A DNA stretch of 32,000 nucleotides from Gemmata obscuriglobus (GTDB taxonomy: Bacteria > Planctomycetota > Planctomycetia > Gemmatales > Gemmataceae). Positions 24,153 through 32,000 of this stretch are shown piece by piece. Positions within the stretch are counted from its first letter, which is position 1; the number at the start of each line of letters is the position of its first letter. The notes beneath the pieces were generated by a model, which was not told the origin of the DNA, made no database searches, and saw only the letters and a program-made list of their open reading frames with translations. The stretch spans positions 3,450,001 to 3,482,000 of the forward strand of contig NZ_CP042911.1 of NCBI RefSeq assembly GCF_008065095.1. Direction: 5' to 3'. Both the position numbers and the translations under genes were made by a program.

Positions 24153-24171
24153 GCCGCGCCGCCGGCGCGGC
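24153..24171 (-). terminator. Stop-codon-abutting GC hairpin (8-bp stem, 3-nt loop)
   Basis: gccgcgcc-gcc-ggcgcggc, a perfect hairpin. It starts at the nucleotide next to the rluB stop codon (24172-24174) and lies 74 nt upstream of the pyrK-like start. No U-tract follows. Confidence 0.35.
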
Positions 24172-24987
24172 TCACGCGCCGTCGGTTTTCCGGGGCCTCT
24201 TGGGCGCGTCTTGTGATGTTTTGCGGCCACCGTCCGCCGCTTTCAACCGCGCCGCGGTGATCTTTTGCCGCGCCCGTGTAACGAACGCCTTGAGCGCCTT
24301 CAGCTCTTCATCGCTGATCCGCCGCGCTTTGCCCTTGGGGAGCTTGTCCAGCTTCACCGGCCCGATCGCCACCCGCTTTAGTCGCATGACCTTGTGACCG
24401 AACTTCGCCAGCATGCGCCGGATCTCGCGGTTCTTCCCTTCCGTGAGCACCACGCGGACCCAGGTGCCGTTGCCTTGCGCCTTGATCCGCTTGGCGCTCT
24501 TCGCCCGCACCTTGCCGTCGCTCAGCCACACCCCGTCCATGAGCTTCTGGAGGTCATCATCGGTCGGGCGGCCGGCGACCAGAACGAAGTACATTTTGGG
24601 GACCCCGTACCGCGGGTGGGTCAGCCCCTGCGCGAGGTCGCCGTCGTTGGTCATCAGGAGCAGGCCGTCGCTCCCCTCGTCGAGGCGGCCGACGGTGTAC
24701 ACCCGCTGCTCCACGTGCGGGAGCAGGTCCACGGCACGCGGCCGGCCCGCGGGGTCGTGGTTCGTGCAGAGGTGACCGACCGGCTTGTTGACCGCCCAGT
24801 ACACCAGTTTTTCGGCCCGCACGGGCTGGTCGTCGACCGCGATCTGGTGGGCCGACGGGTCGATCTTCAGGCCCAGTTCGGTCACCTTCACGCCGTTCAC
24901 TTTGACTCGCCCGGCGGAGATGAGCTTGTCGCAGTGCCGGCGCGACCCGACACCCGCGTGCGCCAGATATTTGTTGAGACGTTCCAT
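24172..24987 (-). CDS. rluB: 23S rRNA pseudouridine synthase, RluB/RsuA family
   Basis: S4 domain: MERLNKYLAHAGVGSRRHCDKLISAGRVKVNG. Catalytic motif: VYTVGRLDEGSDGLLLMTNDGDL. Also KMYFVLV and GKNREIRRM. Basic C-terminal tail. Confidence 0.9.
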   Translation of the reverse strand: MERLNKYLAHAGVGSRRHCDKLISAGRVKVNGVKVTELGLKIDPSAHQIAVDDQPVRAEKLVYWAVNKPVGHLCTNHDPAGRPRAVDLLPHVEQRVYTVGRLDEGSDGLLLMTNDGDLAQGLTHPRYGVPKMYFVLVAGRPTDDDLQKLMDGVWLSDGKVRAKSAKRIKAQGNGTWVRVVLTEGKNREIRRMLAKFGHKVMRLKRVAIGPVKLDKLPKGKARRISDEELKALKAFVTRARQKITAARLKAADGGRKTSQDAPKRPRKTDGA

Positions 24988-25106
24988 AACTCAGCATTGT
25001 ACCACACGCGCCCGGGAGAAAGTAGCGGTGGCCCGCCGGTACGGGGCCGGTTACAGTGGCGCCAGTTCGTTACCGCCTCATTTCGATACTTTTGGAGCGC
25101 CGAACC

Positions 25107-25595
25107 GTGAGCGTGCTGAAACTCAAGTGCCCGGAGTGTCGCGCCGGTTTGAAGTCGGGTTCGGGGTTTAAGGCCGGGCAGACCGTGTGCTGCCCCAAGT
25201 GCGAAACGTACTTCGTGGTCGAGGACCCGGACGAGGGCGACGAGCCGGCCAAGCCCCGGGCCGCGGTGAAGGCCGTGAGGGCGGCCGTCGCTGACGAAGA
25301 CGACGAGGAAGAGGACGAGCGGCCCCGGAAGAAAAAGAAGAAGCGCCGCGCGGCGGACGACGAAGGGTCTTACAAGAACTCCCCGCTGCGGTTCGTCATC
25401 CTCGGCGTTCTTGTCGTTATCATGCTGGTCCTGGCGTTCTTCCTCTACAAGAAGAAGCAGAGCGAGGCGGCCGAAGGCGGGATGGCTCCCGAAGACATTC
25501 CGCCGGTCGATGTGCAGCCGGTTCCGGGCGGGAAAATGGCCCCAAAGTTGACTCCGCCGGCCGTCAACGTCGTGCCGCCCGGCGCACCGAAGTGA
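25107..25595 (+). CDS. Zinc-ribbon (CPxC...CPxC) single-pass membrane protein
   Basis: Track ORF 25056..25595. The likely start is GTG at 25107, 9 nt after GGAG. Motifs: LKCPECRAGL...VCCPKCETYFVV, an acidic/basic tract DEDDEEEDERPRKKKKKRR, the TM helix LRFVILGVLVVIMLVLAFFLY, and a Pro-rich tail. Confidence 0.6.
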   Translation: MSVLKLKCPECRAGLKSGSGFKAGQTVCCPKCETYFVVEDPDEGDEPAKPRAAVKAVRAAVADEDDEEEDERPRKKKKKRRAADDEGSYKNSPLRFVILGVLVVIMLVLAFFLYKKKQSEAAEGGMAPEDIPPVDVQPVPGGKMAPKLTPPAVNVVPPGAPK

Positions 25596-25646
25596 CCGAC
25601 CGATCCGAGGCTGTCAGGCGCGCCGAGTGTTGCGCTCAACGGCGGC

Positions 25647-25973
25647 GTGGTGGCACCGGCCGAGGCGAAGCGTCTGGTCGCGAAACACACCGCCGCGCTG
25701 GTCAGGACCTGGGCCGCCGATCTGGGCAGCGGTACGCGCGAGCAACTCACATGCACCGCCTACGGGTCTTACACCGTGACCCGCACCGGTTCCGGGGCTG
25801 TGACCGCCGGCGGGCAGTATGAAGTGAAGGGATTGGTCGGAACGAAAGGGCTGAAACTGCTCCTGACCGGCACGTCCGGTGAGCGAAACTTTATCGTCAT
25901 CTTCGAGGACGACGAACTCCATCACCCGAGCCTGGAACAGGGCGTGACCGCGGTGTTCCGGAAGGTTCAGTGA
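25647..25973 (+). CDS. Hypothetical 108-aa protein; same frame as the upstream zinc-ribbon gene
   Basis: GTG start at 25647 with coding-like codon usage. No recognised motif and no signal peptide. The frame is continuous with 25107..25595 apart from the single TGA at 25593-25595. Confidence 0.5.
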   Translation: MVAPAEAKRLVAKHTAALVRTWAADLGSGTREQLTCTAYGSYTVTRTGSGAVTAGGQYEVKGLVGTKGLKLLLTGTSGERNFIVIFEDDELHHPSLEQGVTAVFRKVQ

Positions 25974-26000
25974 CCGAAAGTCACGGACGGGAGTGCCGGC

Positions 26001-26021
26001 GCCGCTCGCGGCGCGAGCGGC
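26001..26021. terminator. REP-like GC hairpin (9-bp stem, 3-nt loop) between convergent genes
   Basis: gccgctcgc-ggc-gcgagcggc, a perfect hairpin. It lies 28 nt after the stop of 25647..25973 (+) and 59 nt after the stop of the M48 gene (-). It has the same core as the hairpin split by the IS at 21640-21650/23181-23192. Confidence 0.55.
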
Positions 26022-26079
26022 CACCCTCACCCCCTGAACAACCAACAACGAAAACAAATCCACGCCGGCCGGGCAAGCG

Positions 26080-29000
26080 TCACTTCGCCAGCGGTGAGCG
26101 GTCACCGGGCAGCACCGTCGTGATTCGGATCCCCGGCCGTTTGCCGTTCGCCGGCTTCAGCCCGGGCGTTGCCGGGGGTGCCGGGAAGCCGAGATCGGTG
26201 CCCGCGTCGAGGCTCAAATTTATAACGGCCGGTTCCGCGGCGCGGGGCGTTGGCAGTTCCGTGATGCCCGAGAGTGCCGGCGCCGCCGGCTTCGGCGTTG
26301 CTTCTCCGATCACCTCGACCGCGCCAACGAACTCGTCTGTTTCTGGGCCGGGGGACGCCGGCCCCAGGGCGGCGCCGGTAACGGGTTCGTTGGCGCCGGG
26401 TGTGGGTCTGCCTTCCATTGTGGGCGCGGGGGACGGTTCCGGCACCGGCTCGGGAGTCCGACCGAGTGCGAACACATCGGCCGCGGCTACCGGCGGACCG
26501 ACGGGCAGTTCCACCGCAACGACCACCGCGGGGGCGGCTCGCGTGCTCAGTTCCGGTTCGACCGGTCCCGACGGTTGTTCGACCCGCGGCTCGGGTTCTG
26601 CGGGCGAAAAATGGCCGAGCGCCGGTACCGCCGCGGCGGCGGCTTGCGGCGCGGGAGGCGCGCCGGGTAACACCTCCGCGTCGATGACCTCGGCGTCGAT
26701 CACTTCCGCGTCGATGATTTCGGCGTCGATCACTTCCGCCTCAATAACCTCGGCCGGCGCCGTCTCGGAGCTACTGGTTCCGATCACTTCGGCGCTGATC
26801 GGCTCGCGCTCGGCCTTCCACTTGGCCGCGATCTCCTCCTGCATCCGCAAGATCCCGCCGACGCTCTTGAAGTGCAGCCGGAAGCACTTGGACCGGGCGC
26901 TCTGGAGCTGCTGCTGCAGCTTGACGATCCAGGTCCCCTTGACGTAGCTCAGCGGCGGCTCCGGCACCATCTTGCCTTCGAGAATGAAATCGGCGAGGTT
27001 CTCGCCCTCCTCGAAGTTCTTCATCGCCGGCAGGTTGAGTTCCTTGGCGTCGCGGATGATGTTCCGCAGCGACTTCCACGACGCCCGCAGCACCCGCAGC
27101 ACCTCGCCGACGAACTCGCTGGACACCTGGTCGCCGTGCTGCTGCTGGAGGTGCGAGAGGACCGCGAGGTGCCGCTCGGCTTCGTCGTACGCGTGCCGCG
27201 ACTCCATGTACAGCCGCTGCACCTCCAACTGGAACCGGTACCGCTCGACCAGCTCGTCCTTCAGCTCGGGGGCGACCTGTGCCGCCATCTGCACGTGCAG
27301 CAGGTACACCCGCCGGTCGAACGACTTGAACCACTCCCAGTTCTCGTCGCGCTTCCGCTCGGCGTCCTCGATCCGGCGCTTGAGCTTGGGCGACGGGCGC
27401 CCGGTCGCGCTGCTGTGGAGCGATTCGAGCTCCTTGTGGATCTCGTTGCGCGTCTCGACGTTCTGCTCGCAGCCGTCGTACAGCTTCTCCAGCACCTTCT
27501 CCATGCGCTCTTCGGCCCAGGGCTTGTCCCGGACGAGGCCGTTCAGCTCGCTGAGGTCGCCGGGCTCGAGCGGCCGGTCGTCGTAGCACTCCTTGTACTT
27601 CGAGTCGTACGTCGTTTCGGAGTGCTCGTTGTCGATGAACGTCTGCACCTCGGCCGCGCTCACCAGCTCGGTGTTCTTCGGCACCTTGAACACCATGCGG
27701 TAGAACTTGTACGTCATCCGCTCCCGGAGGTCGTCCGCGTCGGCGAACAGGATCCACGGCGACCGGTGGTCGGCGGCCGCCGGGACGTAGGTCCGCTTGG
27801 CGTTGGCCTCCAGCTCGTGGGCCGGGGGGTGCGTGCGGCGCATCTCCGGAACGTCGTCGGTGTCGTCCCCGTCCGCAGGGTCGAACAGTTGCACCGTTTT
27901 GCCGGCCATCGGGTGGTCCAGCGCCGGCGGGAGCCCCAGATCCGGGTTCTTGCGCTTCAGCCGGACCACCGCGGCGGCGCGGTCCTGGTGGAGGAACATG
28001 TCCCGGCTGTGCAGCTTGTGGTCGCGGGCCACGGCCAGATCCTGGACCGCCTGCATCAGGCACAGGTTGCCGAACTTCAGCCGGAACAGGCTGAGCGCGA
28101 CCGCGTCGCTGCCGGCCGCCTTCACCGCCACCAGGTCGGCGTGGAACTCGGCCTCCCGCATCACCGCCATCCGCTGGAGGGTGATGACCTTGAAGATCTG
28201 CCACAGGACGGTCCGGCCCACCCACAGGACCCCGCCAACGCCTAGACCGAGGACCGACAGGACGTTGTTCTGCCGCCGGCACCAGTTCACCGCACGGTCA
28301 AACCAGTCCTCGCCGGATACCAGGTCGCCGATGATGCGGCTCGCCACGTAGGCGTAACTGGACGACGTGGCGGACTGGCTGAAGTGGCCAAACTCGTGCG
28401 CGAGCACCGACTTGAACTCGGTCAGGTTCATGCAGTTCACCAGCCCCAGGCCGATGAGCAGGTCCTTCTTGGGCTCGACGAACAGGTTGATGAGGGTGGC
28501 TCGCGGCATTACTGCCGCGTTCACGTCCGGGGAGACGAACACGCGGTTGGGCTTGGGCGCGTCGAGCTCGTCGCACAGTTGGTCGATGAACGCGAACAGC
28601 ACCGGTTGCTCGTCCGCGGTGATCTCGATGTGCAGCTCCTTGTCGACCGGGTGCCGCTTGAAGAAGCCCTTTACGAGGTACAGGAAGAACACGCTGGAGA
28701 CGACGATGCCGACGACTTTGACGGGGAGCCAGTGGCCCAGGCTCCACACGCACCAGAACCCGACAAGGGCGAAGAACAGCACCGCCCCGATGTAGAACAT
28801 GAGGAACAGGAACAGGCCGGAGAGCAGCAGGTTCTGCTGCCGGACGTAGGCCGCGGGGTAGTCGGTGAGGTCCTCGGGCACGCCCTCGGGGCTGGGCGGG
28901 TACGGCACCTTGGGGCCGCGCTTCTTGCGCCGGGCCGGGCCATCGCCGTCGGGGGCGTCGCGCCGCTTCCGGGCGCGTTCGGAACCGGAGCCGTCGGTCG

Positions 29001-29100
29001 AGCGGCCCGCGGTTCTGGCTTTTGCCTCCGGTCGGGGGGCGTCCTCCGGGATTTCCTCGGGCGGGAGGTCTTCGGGCTCTTGAGCCTGAGAATGGGCCAT
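26080..29100 (-). CDS. M48-family (HtpX/Ste24-like) membrane zinc metalloprotease with a ~650-aa C-terminal extension
   Basis: 1006 aa. Charged N-terminus, then TM helices (LLLSGLFLFLMFYIGAVLFFALVGFWCVW; VKVVGIVVSSVFFLYLV), then HEFGH (VLAHEFGHFSQ), further TM helices (VLSVLGLGVGGVLWVGRTVLW) and EAEFHADL. A long helical region, an acidic pentapeptide repeat and a Pro/Ala-rich tail follow. Confidence 0.8.
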   Translation of the reverse strand: MAHSQAQEPEDLPPEEIPEDAPRPEAKARTAGRSTDGSGSERARKRRDAPDGDGPARRKKRGPKVPYPPSPEGVPEDLTDYPAAYVRQQNLLLSGLFLFLMFYIGAVLFFALVGFWCVWSLGHWLPVKVVGIVVSSVFFLYLVKGFFKRHPVDKELHIEITADEQPVLFAFIDQLCDELDAPKPNRVFVSPDVNAAVMPRATLINLFVEPKKDLLIGLGLVNCMNLTEFKSVLAHEFGHFSQSATSSSYAYVASRIIGDLVSGEDWFDRAVNWCRRQNNVLSVLGLGVGGVLWVGRTVLWQIFKVITLQRMAVMREAEFHADLVAVKAAGSDAVALSLFRLKFGNLCLMQAVQDLAVARDHKLHSRDMFLHQDRAAAVVRLKRKNPDLGLPPALDHPMAGKTVQLFDPADGDDTDDVPEMRRTHPPAHELEANAKRTYVPAAADHRSPWILFADADDLRERMTYKFYRMVFKVPKNTELVSAAEVQTFIDNEHSETTYDSKYKECYDDRPLEPGDLSELNGLVRDKPWAEERMEKVLEKLYDGCEQNVETRNEIHKELESLHSSATGRPSPKLKRRIEDAERKRDENWEWFKSFDRRVYLLHVQMAAQVAPELKDELVERYRFQLEVQRLYMESRHAYDEAERHLAVLSHLQQQHGDQVSSEFVGEVLRVLRASWKSLRNIIRDAKELNLPAMKNFEEGENLADFILEGKMVPEPPLSYVKGTWIVKLQQQLQSARSKCFRLHFKSVGGILRMQEEIAAKWKAEREPISAEVIGTSSSETAPAEVIEAEVIDAEIIDAEVIDAEVIDAEVLPGAPPAPQAAAAAVPALGHFSPAEPEPRVEQPSGPVEPELSTRAAPAVVVAVELPVGPPVAAADVFALGRTPEPVPEPSPAPTMEGRPTPGANEPVTGAALGPASPGPETDEFVGAVEVIGEATPKPAAPALSGITELPTPRAAEPAVINLSLDAGTDLGFPAPPATPGLKPANGKRPGIRITTVLPGDRSPLAK
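26671..26760 (-). repeat. Six phased 15-nt tandem repeats inside the M48 gene
   Basis: Units at 26671, 26686, 26701, 26716, 26731 and 26746 (cacctccgcgtcgat / gacctcggcgtcgat / cacttccgcgtcgat / gatttcggcgtcgat / cacttccgcctcaat / aacctcggccggcgc). They encode AEVIEAEVIDAEIIDAEVIDAEVIDAEV. Confidence 0.85.
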
Positions 29101-29222
29101 GTCCGACCTGCGCGGCTTCCGCCGTCTGTAAATGTACGGTGCGGGAGTATTTATAGACGATGGCGGGGTGCGGGGCGTCTGTCAACCCCCGGAGGGGACC
29201 CCGTGCGGAATGAGGGGGCCGA

Positions 29223-30464
29223 ATGTCAAACAATGAACCTGCTGCGGGCCGCACGATCGACTGGGCCGCGGCCCGCACCCGGATGTTGCTGGACCCGACC
29301 GTAACGATGCTCAACACCGGGTCGTTCGGGCCGCTCCCGGTGCCGGTGTTCGACCGGGCCACAGAGCTGCGCCGGATGCTGGCCGCCGGGCCGACGAACT
29401 TCTTCGTGCGCCAAGCGCCGCCGCTCCTCTGGGCGGCCCGCGAGCGAACGGCCGCGTTCCTCGGCACGGCGCCGCAGCGGCTGGTGTTCACGTCGAACGT
29501 GTCGGCGGCGATCAACCTGGTCGCGTCGGGGCTGCGGCTTAACGCCCCCGGCGAGATCCTGATGAGCGACCACGAGTACGGGGCGATGATCTGGTGCTGG
29601 GAGCGTGCCGTCCAGCGGCAGGGGCTGACGATCCGCACGTTCCCTCTGCCGACGATGGCGAGCGACCCGGCGGAAATTGTGGACGCCGCCACGAAGGCGA
29701 TGACCCGGCGGACGCGGCTGCTGTTCTTCAGCCACGTGCTTTCGCCCACGGGACTGGTGCTGCCCGCGAAGGCGCTGTGCGCCGAGGCCCGCCGGCGCGG
29801 CGTCGTGACCGTGGTGGACGGCGCGCACGCGCCGGTGTACGTCCCGCTGGACGTGTCGGACGTGGGCGCGGACTTCTACGCCGCGAACCTGCACAAGTGG
29901 CTGCTGGCGCCGTCCGGGGCCGGATTCCTGGTGGTGGGACCGGGTAACGAGGACCGCCTCCAGCCGCTCCACGTGAGCTGGGGCTATTACCCCGACAAGT
30001 ACCCGATCGGCGAGGCCGTGCGGTCGGTCGGCCCCGACGCGCAAGACACATACGGCAGCACGCCGCGGACGCGCTTCCTGGAGTTCGAGGGGACGCGGGA
30101 CCTGTGCCCGTGGCTGGCGGTGCCGGCGGCGATCGACTTCCAGTCCGAGTACGGCTTCGACGCGGTGCGCGGCCGCATCGCGGAACTGGCGGCGTACACG
30201 CGCGCGGTGATCGGCGGGCTGGGGCTGCCGCTGGCAACCCCCTCGGTACCGGGGCTGTGCGGCGCGATGACGGCGTTCGAACTGCCGGACGGCCGGACCG
30301 CCCCCGCGTTGCGGAAGGAGCTGTGGGCGCGCCGGGTGGAGATCCCGGTGATCGAGCGCCCGGGCCGGTTGCTGATCCGGGTGAGCCACCACTTCTACAC
30401 GACCGAAGCCGAGATCGACCGGCTCGCGAAAGTGCTGAAGGAGATCGGTGTCGCGAGCATGTAG
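29223..30464 (+). CDS. Class V PLP-dependent aminotransferase (isopenicillin-N epimerase / cysteine desulfurase-like)
   Basis: 413 aa. Motifs: NTGSFGP, VVTVVDGAHA, and the PLP-Lys context FYAANLHKWLLAPSGAGFL. Confidence 0.8.
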   Translation: MSNNEPAAGRTIDWAAARTRMLLDPTVTMLNTGSFGPLPVPVFDRATELRRMLAAGPTNFFVRQAPPLLWAARERTAAFLGTAPQRLVFTSNVSAAINLVASGLRLNAPGEILMSDHEYGAMIWCWERAVQRQGLTIRTFPLPTMASDPAEIVDAATKAMTRRTRLLFFSHVLSPTGLVLPAKALCAEARRRGVVTVVDGAHAPVYVPLDVSDVGADFYAANLHKWLLAPSGAGFLVVGPGNEDRLQPLHVSWGYYPDKYPIGEAVRSVGPDAQDTYGSTPRTRFLEFEGTRDLCPWLAVPAAIDFQSEYGFDAVRGRIAELAAYTRAVIGGLGLPLATPSVPGLCGAMTAFELPDGRTAPALRKELWARRVEIPVIERPGRLLIRVSHHFYTTEAEIDRLAKVLKEIGVASM

Positions 30465-30536
30465 CAGTTCCAATCGACTACGGGCGCTGGCGCGGGAGTG
30501 GCCCGGGGCAGAACATTGGATGGGTAAAACTGTACT

Positions 30537-32000
30537 TTCCGCGAATTTGTAGGCCGGGCGGTGATGGTGGTACGTTCGGAGTAGACGAATGCCGGCCCGT
30601 CCGGGAGGATGGCGTTACCACACGACCTCCCAACCCGAACGGACGCGGCGATGCCATCTTCGCACACTCCGGCCCCGCGGTGCCAGTGGTTTTCGATTCT
30701 GGCCGGTGCCTTGGATCGGCGCTCGGGCCGGCGGTTGGCGCTGTTGTTCCTGGGGGTGCTGTTGGCCCGCGGGCGACAGGCCCGGAGTTGCTGGATCCGA
30801 GCCGCCGGGTTGTCGTCCCAGTACCGCCGCTGCTACCCCACCGCGGCCGCCGTCGGGCGCCGGGCCGAGGCCATCGCCACCCGGTTGTTGGTCGAGGTGC
30901 TCCGGCCGTTGGTGACCGGGCCGCGGGTCGTGCTCGCGTTGGATGACACCCCGACGGCGCGGTACGGTTCCCAGGTGCAAGGGGCCGGGGTGCACCACAA
31001 CCCGACCCCCGGGCCGGCCGGGAGCGGGTTCGTGTACGGGCACGTGTGGGTGGTCCTCGGGTTGCTGGTGGCGCACCCGCTGGGCGGGGTCGTGGCGTTA
31101 CCCCTGTTGGCCCGGCGGTACATCCGGAAGGCGAACCTGGGGGCGGTTCGGGCGGCGGACCGGCCCCCGTTCGCAACCAAGCTGACCATGGCCGTGGGCT
31201 TGGTGCGGTGGGCGCACGGGTGGCTGGCGTTGTGGGGGAAGGCGGTGTGGGTGGTGGCCGACGGGGCGTACGCCCAGGGGCCGGTGCTCAAGCCGCTGCG
31301 GAAGCTCGGGGTGACGGTGGTGAGCCGACTGCGCCGGGATGCGGCCCTGTGCTCGGTGCCACCGGCGCGAGTACCCGGGCGGCCCGGCGGCCGCGGGTGT
31401 ACGGGACCGAGCGGGTGTCGCTGGCCAAGCGGGCCGCCCACCCCGGCGGGTGGAGCACCGGCATGTTCACCGTGTACGGGAAGTCGGTCGAGAAGCGGTA
31501 CAAGACGTTCGTGGCCACGTGGCGCCCGGCCGGTGGGGCGATCCGGGTGGTGTTGGTGGACGAGCCCCACGGATGGGTCGCGTTCTTCGGCACCGACACC
31601 ACCGCGACCGTGGCCGACATCCTGGAGCGGGTGGCCGACCGGTTCACCCTGGAGACCTGTTTTCGGGATCTCAAACAAGTCGCCGGGGCGGGTCAGCAGC
31701 AGGTGCGCGGGGTGCCGTCGAACGTGGGGTGCTTCCACCTGTGCGCGTGGGCCCACACCCTGACCGAGGTGTGGGCCTGGAACCAGAACGCCGAGGCCCT
31801 GGTGGGGCACCGATCCGCATCCCCGTGGGACGACCCGAACCGGCGCCCGAGCCACGCGGACAAGCGCCGGGCCTGGCAACACGAGCTGTTGGCCCAGGAG
31901 ATTCAGGCCGTTGTGGGCGAGCACCACGACCACGCGAAAATCCGCGACCTCGCCCACCGGTGCTTGGATCTGGCCGCGTGAGCGCGGCCGATTCGCGGAA
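30537..32000 (+). mobile_element. IS4/IS701-like insertion sequence; the right end is at or beyond the window edge
   Basis: 30537-30546 ttccgcgaat is the exact reverse complement of the last 10 nt of the window (31991-32000 attcgcggaa). Both copies are followed inward by ggccg after a short indel. The element encloses a DDE transposase. Confidence 0.6.
30609..31981 (+). pseudogene. IS4/IS701-like DDE transposase with a 1-nt frame disruption
   Basis: Frame 1 (track 30609..31763) contains VLALDDTPTARYG and VWVVADGAYA. Frame 2 (track 31046..31981) contains RPRVYGTERVSL...ADRFTLETCFRDLKQ (R-x3-E-x6-K). The frames swap inside the GC run ggcccggcggccgcggg (31381-31397); removing one base would give ...PGRPGRPRVYG.... 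Confidence 0.7.

Noticed and set aside
25593-25595. In-frame TGA as a selenocysteine codon
   Set aside because: I could find no convincing SECIS-like stem-loop in the ~40 nt downstream, and there is no redox-type Cys/Sec context in the peptide. Mutation, assembly error or simple readthrough remain possible (see findings).
26671-26760. Possible CRISPR-like repeat array
   Set aside because: The units are contiguous 15-mers with no spacers. They are in frame inside a long ORF and encode a peptide repeat.
28298-29749. 483-aa minus-strand ORF spanning the M48 5' end, the divergent promoter region and the start of the aminotransferase
   Set aside because: It crosses an intergenic region and overlaps two well-supported genes in other frames or on the other strand. 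It has no motifs.
21651-32000. Composite transposon formed by the two IS elements flanking 23181-30536
   Set aside because: The two elements belong to unrelated families with different inverted repeats. The intervening genes include core housekeeping functions (rluB, pyrK-like).

Overview
Very GC-rich bacterial chromosomal segment. The gene content suggests a Planctomycetota genome, probably Gemmataceae-like; this is inference only, since no search could be run. The evidence is an ECF sigma factor paired with a TPR Ser/Thr kinase, a sigma factor fused to a membrane anchor, an FhcA/FwdA-type H4MPT/methanofuran C1 enzyme, an 'LEDR'-type secreted protease, and many Pro-rich envelope proteins. 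I support about 24 protein-coding genes. They include housekeeping genes (glnB-type PII, rluB, a pyrK-like flavoprotein, 5-formyl-THF cyclo-ligase, a class V aminotransferase). There are four large peptidases (M10 matrixin, S9, M14, M48) and an orphan Wza-like lipoprotein operon. Two unrelated IS elements are present, and both have disrupted transposase reading frames. No rRNA, tRNA or CRISPR array was seen. The most interesting items are listed here. (1) The Wza-like lipoprotein is co-transcribed with two low-complexity secreted proteins and the operon ends in a 31-bp perfect hairpin. (2) An ECF sigma, a Ser/Thr kinase and a secreted matrixin form one apparent module. (3) A REP-like GC hairpin (CCGCTCGC-GGN-GCGAGCGG) recurs at convergent gene ends, and one copy is split exactly by an IS1182-like insertion. 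(4) An AT-richer, highly structured 140-nt element sits between two peptidase genes. (5) Two same-frame ORFs are separated by a single TGA. (6) A 1006-aa M48 protease carries a phased 15-nt tandem repeat. All family assignments come from motif recognition by eye. Long antisense ORFs are treated as high-GC artefacts.
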